A stretch of 64,000 bases of DNA. Origin: Candidatus Aenigmatarchaeota archaeon (GTDB taxonomy: Archaea > Aenigmatarchaeota > Aenigmatarchaeia > CG10238-14). The stretch lies in contig JAGVVZ010000004.1 of NCBI GenBank assembly GCA_018304545.1, forward strand, positions 9,944 to 73,943, written 5' to 3'. Below the pieces are notes generated by a model. It saw only the letters and a program-made list of their open reading frames with translations, ran no database searches and was not told the DNA's origin. The position numbers and the translations under genes are program-made. Positions 56,930-64,000 of the stretch are shown in pieces; positions within the stretch are counted from its first letter, which is position 1, and every line of letters starts with the position of its first letter.

Positions 56930-58075
56930 TTACAACATACCCATTTCTCTTCCGATTTTTAACATGGATTGCAAGAGTTCATTTGCTCTTACAGATCTTA
57001 GATTTCCAGCTGACGTTAAATGATCATATCCTTGTTGATATAAGGGATAATTTCTTACTTCAAAACTACTTCTGATGCAATATTCACCTAATCTGGCCAA
57101 AATACTTCTTTCAAGAATGTGTTCTGGATCAATAGGTTTTCTAACCTGAAACTGATCAAGCGCCTTCTGAAAAATTCTTGCTATTTCTTCTAAACTCATT
57201 CGTGATTTTAGATCACGCAATTTTGATCCGTGGTGTCCGTTCGGCTCGGTTATTGATTTGTTTCTACCGCCATTTATCACCCCAAATAACGAACAATATC
57301 TCATACCCAAGAAATATAACTCTCTAGGATCTTTGCTAAGCATTGCCTGAGTTCTTATTTCAGCCAGTTCTCTTGCGCTTAAATCAACATAAAACCCAAA
57401 TTTTCTTTCAATATTGTCCAAAGAATTATTAGCGGCTTTAGCTTCATGCCCACCTTTGATAGCTAATCCGAGTTTCCATAATGCAGCTTGCGGCGTATAA
57501 TTATCATGATGTTCAATTTCAATTTCCGGTACAACTAATGATCTGTCATCATAAACTGAAGGTATTTCCCATACCCTGCCTATATATTCTACATCATCAC
57601 AAACTCTAATTATTCTGAGGATTCTAGTTCTCCCGTTTTCTTGATCAATTTCGTGCCGTCTGTATCTTAGACCAAAAACATCATATTCATTCATTTCTGA
57701 TAATCTTCTCAACTCATCTCTTACCAAATTTGGATCACAGTACTCCTCATCTCTGTCCAAAGTTACTAGTAAATCAATACCCGTTTTGCGGGCTTGTTTC
57801 AAATAACGATTTCTGAATTTCGAGAAACTACCCGGCCATTCATACCTAACTACAACGCCTTTGTCTTTGCAGCATGCCTTTGCTATTTCAAATGTTCTAT
57901 CACTCGATCTACCGTCAACAACAACTATTTTATAATCAACTCCAACTCCATCAAATTGATACAGCCAATCCCCCAATCTTGCAATTTTTCCTCCATTCTC
58001 TAGATATTCTCCATCTTTAATAATACAACCCATTGCAATTGATGCCATTCCAATCGTAAAGGAGTAGTTAAACAA
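56930..58075 (-). CDS. GT2-family glycosyltransferase with C-terminal helical region
   Basis: IVVVDGRSSDRTFEIA, SFSKFRN, LDRDE, YIGRVWE. Confidence 0.8.
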   Translation of the reverse strand: MFNYSFTIGMASIAMGCIIKDGEYLENGGKIARLGDWLYQFDGVGVDYKIVVVDGRSSDRTFEIAKACCKDKGVVVRYEWPGSFSKFRNRYLKQARKTGIDLLVTLDRDEEYCDPNLVRDELRRLSEMNEYDVFGLRYRRHEIDQENGRTRILRIIRVCDDVEYIGRVWEIPSVYDDRSLVVPEIEIEHHDNYTPQAALWKLGLAIKGGHEAKAANNSLDNIERKFGFYVDLSARELAEIRTQAMLSKDPRELYFLGMRYCSLFGVINGGRNKSITEPNGHHGSKLRDLKSRMSLEEIARIFQKALDQFQVRKPIDPEHILERSILARLGEYCIRSSFEVRNYPLYQQGYDHLTSAGNLRSVRANELLQSMLKIGREMGML

Positions 58076-58166
58076 TAAAATTGATAAGTGTTATGTTGAG
58101 TTAATAATAGACATATTAGAAAAAAATAATACCATGTAAATCAAAATAATATCAACAGCTGATAGA

Positions 58167-58916
58167 ATGAATAAAATCAAATTTTTAGGTATAGGTGCGG
58201 GAGATATATCAATGGTCCTGCAGATGGTTCCGACAAGTTCGATATTTTGCGAGTTAGACGGCATAAAATTTTTAATCGATCCGGGTCCGGGTACTTTAAT
58301 CAATGCGAGGAGGCACAAAATAGACATTACTGAACTGAACGGGTTGCTCGTTTCCCATCTGCATACAGATCATGCAGGAGATGCGAATGCTGTACTAAGC
58401 GGAATGAATAAGAATTCTTTTTTGATCGCCGAAAAGCACTGCTTAAAACCATCGGAAAAATATTACCCTGCGATAAGCAGATATCATCAGGAGATACCAG
58501 AAGCCGTATTTGCCGTTGAACCTGAAGGAAAAGTTATTATAGGATCATTAAATTTTGAAATAACACCAACCAAGCATTACGATCCCGCTGTCGGCTTTAA
58601 AATTATTGGCAGCAAGACTATTGGCTATGTGGGCGATGGCATATATTTTAATGGGCAGGAAAAATATTTTGCCGGATGCGACTTAATGATATTCAACACA
58701 CTAGTGATGCATTCCGACAAGCCAAACGAGACTTTGCAAATGAGCATAAACGATGCGACAGAACTTGTGGAAAAATGCAAGCCAAAACTGGGTGTGATAC
58801 AGCATTACTCATATCAGATGATAAGAAACGATCCTATAGAACAGGCAAGAATAATACAAGATAAAACGGGCGTGAGGATACATGCTGCGATGGATGGGAC
58901 AGAAATAGAATTATAA
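58167..58916 (+). CDS. metallo-beta-lactamase fold hydrolase
   Basis: IDPGPG, SHLHTDH, GYVGDG. Confidence 0.9.
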   Translation: MNKIKFLGIGAGDISMVLQMVPTSSIFCELDGIKFLIDPGPGTLINARRHKIDITELNGLLVSHLHTDHAGDANAVLSGMNKNSFLIAEKHCLKPSEKYYPAISRYHQEIPEAVFAVEPEGKVIIGSLNFEITPTKHYDPAVGFKIIGSKTIGYVGDGIYFNGQEKYFAGCDLMIFNTLVMHSDKPNETLQMSINDATELVEKCKPKLGVIQHYSYQMIRNDPIEQARIIQDKTGVRIHAAMDGTEIEL

Positions 58917-58947
58917 AACTATTTAACGATGCTATAAAATAAGTGTT

Positions 58948-59724
58948 TTGATGGTCAAAAGAAAGGGATTACCTGAAATCGATGATAACGTATTGGTTAC
59001 TATTAGTAACATCACACCTTATTCTGCTACCTGCACTCTGGATGAATATGGAAATGCTGAGGGAATGATACATGCGTCGGAAGTGTCTGGAAAATGGATA
59101 AAGGACATAAGAAAATTCATAAAAACTGGCAGGCAGTATGTAGGTAAAGTTCTAGATGTTGATACAAGCAAAAATTTTGTTACTCTTAGTTTGAAAAGGC
59201 TTTCTAAAAGAGCAAGGGAAATGAAGATGGAGGATTACAAAAAAGAGCAGAAGGCAGAAAAGATTCTTGAACAAATTGCGAAGAAGAAAGGCATCAAACT
59301 AAATGAGGCTTATGAGAAAATAGGGTATCTGCTGCAAGAGAAATACGGAGATATGTTCATTGCATTCGAGCAAGTAACTAAATCACCTGATCTGCTGATA
59401 GATAAAGGGATATCCAAGGATTGGGTTCAGATAATAAAAGAAGTGACTGAGGAAAACACACAAAGAAAGGAAGTGAAAATCAAAGCTGAAATAGAAATGA
59501 AATTTTACACTCCTGACGGGATTGACAGAATTAAAAAGATTTTAACTGATCTAACAAATAAATATAAATTTAACGTAAAGTATATCAGTGCGCCTCTATA
59601 TATAATAGAAGTAAAAACAGATAATCCAAAATTGGCACAAAAAAATCTCCGTGAACAGTTGACCACGGCCTTTGCTGGCATAAAAGATGGCGAAGTGGCG
59701 TTCAAGATAATTGGTGAAAAATAA
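58948..59724 (+). CDS. eif2a: translation initiation factor aIF2 alpha
   Basis: S1 domain LDEY..EGMIH.SEVS..WIKDIR, LSLKR, ISAPLY. Confidence 0.96.
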   Translation: MMVKRKGLPEIDDNVLVTISNITPYSATCTLDEYGNAEGMIHASEVSGKWIKDIRKFIKTGRQYVGKVLDVDTSKNFVTLSLKRLSKRAREMKMEDYKKEQKAEKILEQIAKKKGIKLNEAYEKIGYLLQEKYGDMFIAFEQVTKSPDLLIDKGISKDWVQIIKEVTEENTQRKEVKIKAEIEMKFYTPDGIDRIKKILTDLTNKYKFNVKYISAPLYIIEVKTDNPKLAQKNLREQLTTAFAGIKDGEVAFKIIGEK

Positions 59725-60531
59725 ATGGAAACAACAATAAAAGAATTGAAGAAACCTCCTAAATTGAACAATCCTCTTTTTATTGAAGGGTTGCCCGGGG
59801 TTGGCAATGTTGGAAGAATATCAGCTGGATATTTATCTGATGAGCTGAAAGCGGTTAAATTTGCAGATTTATTTTCACCTCATTTTTATCCTTTCGTGCT
59901 ATTAAATCAGGAATCAGAAATTCATATTTTAAAAAATGAATTCTATTACTGGAAAGCAACAAAAAAGGGACAAAGAGATTTGATAATTCTAGTCGGTGAC
60001 AGCCAGAGCATTGATCCTATGGGCCATTATGAAATTGTAGAGGCTGTGTTGAATTATATCCAAAAACTCGGCGTCAAAGAAATGGTTACGATAGCTGGTT
60101 TGAATGTCGGCAATTTGGAAAGAGATCCAAAGGTTGTGGGTGCAGTAAGCGATGTTGATCTGATTAAAAAATACAAAGATCTGAATATAGATTTTAATGC
60201 AGGAAATAAAGTAGGAACCATAGTAGGTGCTGCTGGGCTTTTTGTTGGTCTGGGCCAATCAAGAGGCATGAAAGGCATATGCCTTCTGGGCGAAACTTCT
60301 GGATTGCCTGAAATTCCTGATCCAAAAAGCGCTGAGATCGTATTGAAAACTTTAACAAAAATGCTGAATGTCGATTTAAACATGTCAAAACTCCAAGAGA
60401 AGATAAAAGAAATGAATAATTTCATGAAGAAGATAAACAAAGTCCAAGACAAGGCATTGAAGCAATTGATGACACAGCAAACGAAGAAAGACCAAAAAGA
60501 CGGGGATGACGAGTTAAGATATATAGGATAA
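59725..60531 (+). CDS. proteasome assembly chaperone PAC2 family protein
   Basis: EGLPGVGNVG, GDSQ, IVGAAGL, CLLGET, YIG terminus. Confidence 0.93.
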   Translation: METTIKELKKPPKLNNPLFIEGLPGVGNVGRISAGYLSDELKAVKFADLFSPHFYPFVLLNQESEIHILKNEFYYWKATKKGQRDLIILVGDSQSIDPMGHYEIVEAVLNYIQKLGVKEMVTIAGLNVGNLERDPKVVGAVSDVDLIKKYKDLNIDFNAGNKVGTIVGAAGLFVGLGQSRGMKGICLLGETSGLPEIPDPKSAEIVLKTLTKMLNVDLNMSKLQEKIKEMNNFMKKINKVQDKALKQLMTQQTKKDQKDGDDELRYIG

Positions 60532-61142
60532 TGTTTAAATATTTTGCTTCTAAAGGTGTTTCCATGAATGAACCTTTAATACCGAAAAAAGATTATCTCT
60601 CTGCTGGAATTCATATCGGCATGAAGTCAAAAAACAACGATATGAAGAGATATATATACAAAGTAAGAGAGGACGGCTTAGCTGTTCTAGATCTGAAGAT
60701 ACTTGATGATAGGATAAGAATAGCTTCTGAATTCTTGGCAAGAACGAACAAAATTCTGGTTGTCGGCAGAAAAACCGGTGCTCATTATCCAATAGCAAAA
60801 TTTGTTGAGACAGTCAACGGGACGTGCATCATCGGGAGATTCATGCCTGGCACTTTGACGAACCCCAAGTATGAAAATTTTGTTGAGCCTGATGTGATTG
60901 TTTTAACTGATCCTTTGTCTGATTATCAAGCATTAAAAGAGGCGACGGACAGTAGAATACCCGTTGTTGCGTTGTGCGATACGTTCAACGAGACGAAGAA
61001 CATTGATTTTGTAATTCCTTGCAATAATAAAGGCAAGAAGTCTCTGGCATTGATTTTCTGGCTTTTGGCAAAAGAAGTAAACAAACTAAGGGGAAGCGAG
61101 TTCAGCGGCAAGCTGGAAGATTTTGACAAAGGGGAAGAATGA
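60531..61142 (+). CDS. rps2: 30S ribosomal protein S2 (start likely about 60564)
   Basis: YLSAGIHIG, GRFMPGTLTNP, IPCNNKG. Confidence 0.97.
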   Translation: MFKYFASKGVSMNEPLIPKKDYLSAGIHIGMKSKNNDMKRYIYKVREDGLAVLDLKILDDRIRIASEFLARTNKILVVGRKTGAHYPIAKFVETVNGTCIIGRFMPGTLTNPKYENFVEPDVIVLTDPLSDYQALKEATDSRIPVVALCDTFNETKNIDFVIPCNNKGKKSLALIFWLLAKEVNKLRGSEFSGKLEDFDKGEE

Positions 61143-61218
61143 TAACTTTTCCTTAAAAGTTTCATAAATTAATTATATTTTGATTGATAGTCTGTGATTT
61201 AATCACTACACAAATTAT

Positions 61219-61719
61219 CTAAATCAAGCGTTTTATCAGTATAAAAGAACCCAAAGCCAGCCAACTCAACATGAATGTTCTTCTGTGAGTAACCCAGCTT
61301 TTTCCTCCAATTGAAAATTCAGAAAGAGGATAAAACGGTTGAAGAGAATATTCCTTTTCATGAGTGTATGAATCAAAAAACAAGTGGGATAAATAAGCTA
61401 AAGACAGTGGCAAAAAAATCTTTGGAAAAACAAAATATGAAAATACTGAGCTAATGCCCCATGCAAACAGATTATGAGTGCTCTTATAAAAGATTTTATC
61501 GATACGGCGAGTGAAATAGTTTCTTCTCGTATATTTTATCATATCTCTCATAAATGCCCTGAAAGATTTTTTTGATGCCTTTTTCAGTTTATACAATTCA
61601 GACGGCATATCTCCTATTAAATCTGGCAATAGCGAAAATATAACCGGTAAAAGAAAATATCCGTTGATAAACTGTTTGGATATTATTAAACCTGCAACAA
61701 TATGAAAAAGCAAATCCAT
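61219..61719 (-). CDS. membrane metal-dependent hydrolase-like protein
   Basis: H, LPDL, STH, SHLFFD..TH, PFYPL. Confidence 0.75.
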   Translation of the reverse strand: MDLLFHIVAGLIISKQFINGYFLLPVIFSLLPDLIGDMPSELYKLKKASKKSFRAFMRDMIKYTRRNYFTRRIDKIFYKSTHNLFAWGISSVFSYFVFPKIFLPLSLAYLSHLFFDSYTHEKEYSLQPFYPLSEFSIGGKSWVTHRRTFMLSWLALGSFILIKRLI

Positions 61720-61723
61720 AAGC

Positions 61724-61996
61724 TCACTTTAAGTACCAAAGTTTTGCTCCTTGGTGCAAAAGTTTTGATGCATGTTGTTGGCCCTCTTTAGTTAATTTAT
61801 ATTTTTGCTGCTTTTTATCTTTTTCTAAAAGATTGGCTTTAGTCAAATCTTTCAATGCTTCTCTTACAAGTATTTTTTTTCTTATCGGAAATTTTACAGT
61901 TAATTGCTGTTCGGTTATATAAGTGGTTAACGAACCTTTAGCGAATACCAACACTGCTAATAGAACAGTTTTCTCTAATTCAGTTAATGTAAACAT
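61724..61996 (-). CDS. small wHTH protein
   Basis: LTELEK, VREALKDL..NLL, YKLTKEG. Confidence 0.7.
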   Translation of the reverse strand: MFTLTELEKTVLLAVLVFAKGSLTTYITEQQLTVKFPIRKKILVREALKDLTKANLLEKDKKQQKYKLTKEGQQHASKLLHQGAKLWYLK

Positions 61997-62076
61997 ACAA
62001 CATATGTTGTTTTTTGGAAATTTAATATTACGGGTAAAAAGGAAAGATATTTAAAATCTTCCTCGATATAAGAACA

Positions 62077-62373
62077 ATGGTGGCATATAAAAAAATGAAA
62101 AAAAACAATACCGAACACATAGTCTATTGCACGATATGCAGCAATCCTGGAATGAATACTTACGAATTGTCAAAAAAACTAAACATGACTGGCGGGAGAG
62201 TGAGGCATGCTATTTCTAAATTAAAAGAAGACGGCTTGGTGAAATTCAAAATAGAACGGAGAACAGCAAGATTGAAAAAACTGGTTTATCCCATAGAAGT
62301 CTGGAGACTACTACCAAGAAAAATTAAATATCAAATGAAGAAATTGTTAGGATACAAAGCTAATGGTTCGTGA
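62077..62373 (+). CDS. wHTH transcriptional regulator
   Basis: NPGMNTYELSKKL..GRVRHAISKLKEDGLV. Confidence 0.8.
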   Translation: MVAYKKMKKNNTEHIVYCTICSNPGMNTYELSKKLNMTGGRVRHAISKLKEDGLVKFKIERRTARLKKLVYPIEVWRLLPRKIKYQMKKLLGYKANGS

Positions 62374-62420
62374 TCTTTCTCAATAGGAAAGTTTAAATAT
62401 TGGCTAGTATTATCATTCTT

Positions 62421-62670
62421 AGGGTGGGTTGGTAAGATAGCTTCGCCTTTCCGTCAAAGGAAAAGGTGAGGAAGTTCCATCCATTGAAAGAAGTTAGCTG
62501 AAAAGCTAGTTTTCAATATCAGAAACGATACTTCACAACTGAAATGGGATGATATATTGACGTCAGGTTGTGAAGATGAAACGGATTGGAAACCTTGATG
62601 AGATGCAAGCTTTGTGCGCTTAGACGGATGCTATCTGAAAAACAGAAGATGGACTATGCCACTACACCCT
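62421..62670 (+). ncRNA. rnpB: RNase P RNA (compact, type-M-like)
   Basis: P1 AGGGTG/CACCCT; CR-I GAGGAAGTTCCATC pairs with CR-V AACAGAAGATGGACTA; AGAAAC and TGAAAC flank P12; GCAAG and CGCTTAG present. Confidence 0.93.
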
Positions 62671-62683
62671 TTTTAATTTTATA

Positions 62684-62923
62684 TTGTTTAATGTAAAAAT
62701 ATTTCTTATGAGTTATTCACAAATCCAACGTGTGAGAGACCCTCAAACAGTTAGAACAGGCAATTACATACTGATGATTGGAGCTATAGTAGCTGTTTTA
62801 AGTGGGCTTATAGTAACAAAAGTATCACCTATGATACAGAACGAACTCCAAAAACTTGATAGAGCATATATTTACCGACCAGAACCTATAAACACGAGCT
62901 ATTTCTTAGAAGGTTATAAGTGA
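62684..62923 (+). CDS. small single-TM hypothetical protein (start likely 62708)
   Basis: One TM helix. Confidence 0.5.
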   Translation: MFNVKIFLMSYSQIQRVRDPQTVRTGNYILMIGAIVAVLSGLIVTKVSPMIQNELQKLDRAYIYRPEPINTSYFLEGYK

Positions 62924-62997
62924 TTGCAGTAAAAAGTTTTCATAGACAACATTCAGTAACTTTTTATATCTTTTTGCACAATTATTGATTGAATTAA

Positions 62998-63156
62998 ATG
63001 ACGAAAAAGGATAATACGAGAATTCCTGTTGGTATGGCAGGCTTGGTCAGATATGGGGATGAGCCCAAAGAAGGAATAAAAATAAAGCCTGAACATATCG
63101 TGGCTTTCACTGTCGGGATTATTGTCCTGGAAGTTATATTGAAATTCTTGGGTTAA
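62998..63156 (+). CDS. secG: preprotein translocase subunit Sec61-beta (SecG)
   Basis: Not in ORF track; MAGLVRYGDE..GIKIKPEHIV plus TM. Confidence 0.92.
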   Translation: MTKKDNTRIPVGMAGLVRYGDEPKEGIKIKPEHIVAFTVGIIVLEVILKFLG

Positions 63157-63208
63157 TTGTCAACAGAAACATTTATATATTAATTTCTATTTAGTAGTAA
63201 ATGGTTGT

Positions 63209-64000
63209 ATGTACTCCTATAGAATACCTGTAATTCTTGATACAGATATAGGAACTGATATAGATGATACATGGGCATTAGTTATGTTGTTAAAATCACC
63301 TGAATTAGATGTTAAACTAATTACTACCACAACAGGGGATACTCTATATAGAGCAAAAATAGTTGCTAAAATGTTAGAAATCGCTGGTAGAACAGATATT
63401 CCTATTGGAATAGGTTTAAATTCAGGTGAATTTCCTAGATTTCAAGAACAGTGGGTTGATGAATATGATTTATCACGCTATCCTGGAATAGTTTACGAAG
63501 ATGGTGTTGGTGCTTTAACAGATACTATAATGAAATCTCCTATACCTATAACTCTTATTGGCATTGGACCTGTACCTAATATTGCTACCGCTCTAGAAAA
63601 AGAGCCCAGAATTGTTAGGAATGCTAGATATGTTGGCATGCAAGGGTATATAAGAACTGAGGGAAATGTTCCATCCAGAGAGTATAATGTAGCTACTTTT
63701 CCTGCAGAATGCAAAAAAGTATTCGGTGCTCCGTGGGATGTTACAATCACACCCCTAGACACATGTGGATATGTTATGCTTGATGGACAAAGATATAATG
63801 CTATACGTGATTCTGATGATCAACTTGTAAGAGCGTTGGTAGACAATTACAGAATATGGGCGAATAATAGAGGCTTGCATGATATATGTGAATATAGAAG
63901 TACTGGTCTTATGGATACTGTGGCTGTTTATTTATCGTTCTCGGATGATCTTCTATATATGGAAAGATTAGGCATCAAAGTAACAGATGATGGACATACT
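63209..64000 (+). CDS. IU-type nucleoside hydrolase (runs off window end)
   Basis: Not in ORF track; VILDTDIGTDIDD, IGPVPNIA, EYNV, PLD. Confidence 0.9.
   Translation, partial: MYSYRIPVILDTDIGTDIDDTWALVMLLKSPELDVKLITTTTGDTLYRAKIVAKMLEIAGRTDIPIGIGLNSGEFPRFQEQWVDEYDLSRYPGIVYEDGVGALTDTIMKSPIPITLIGIGPVPNIATALEKEPRIVRNARYVGMQGYIRTEGNVPSREYNVATFPAECKKVFGAPWDVTITPLDTCGYVMLDGQRYNAIRDSDDQLVRALVDNYRIWANNRGLHDICEYRSTGLMDTVAVYLSFSDDLLYMERLGIKVTDDGHT

Noticed and set aside
53953-58075. Possible integrated element at tRNA-Thr, tRNA-Gly or tRNA-Leu
   Set aside because: No integrase and no duplicated tRNA 3' end (att site) found by eye
856-63762. Many 60-170 aa antisense or alternate-frame ORFs in the track (e.g. 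3163, 14542, 26752, 39788, 60054, 63493)
   Set aside because: Shadows of well-supported genes; Phe/Ser/Ile-rich composition typical of the reverse strand of Lys/Glu-rich CDS
1-64000. CRISPR array, rRNA, IS elements, DGR or retron components
   Set aside because: No regularly spaced repeats, rRNA-like tracts, transposase or reverse transcriptase motifs seen

Overview
AT-rich, gene-dense archaeal chromosome segment. The gene content (eukaryote-like translation and transcription genes, SepF, split ADP-forming acetyl-CoA synthetase, S-layer protein, many short orphan genes) points to a DPANN lineage, plausibly Aenigmarchaeota; this is inference. The backbone is housekeeping: rpoE/spt4/rpoP/rpoN/rpoK, aIF2 alpha and gamma, ribosomal proteins, IleRS, AlaRS, TrpRS, TyrRS, six tRNA genes (four with BHB introns) and a compact type-M-like RNase P RNA. 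The most unusual part is a set of aaRS-centred modules. (i) 7138-11741: wHTH, racemase, a catalytically degenerate TrpRS paralog retaining an Fe-S-type anticodon domain, acetamidase/formamidase, a free B3/4 editing domain and the genuine TrpRS, headed by a Trp-codon uORF out of frame with the regulator. (ii) 28001-32308: two wHTH genes with MPIQ(F/Y) uORFs, an atypical tRNA-Tyr, an aminotransferase, a YbaK/AlaX-S fusion and TyrRS. (iii) A C-Ala-less AlaRS plus a separate 51-aa protein resembling its terminal helix. Other oddities are a circularly permuted receiver domain, an HD-GYP protein, several apparent pseudoenzymes (radical SAM, DJ-1, Nudix), an ATA-start rpoN, and shared palindromes linking a membrane-anchored wHTH to the S-layer promoter. 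No CRISPR array, rRNA or transposase was seen. All calls are by motif recognition; no database searches were run.
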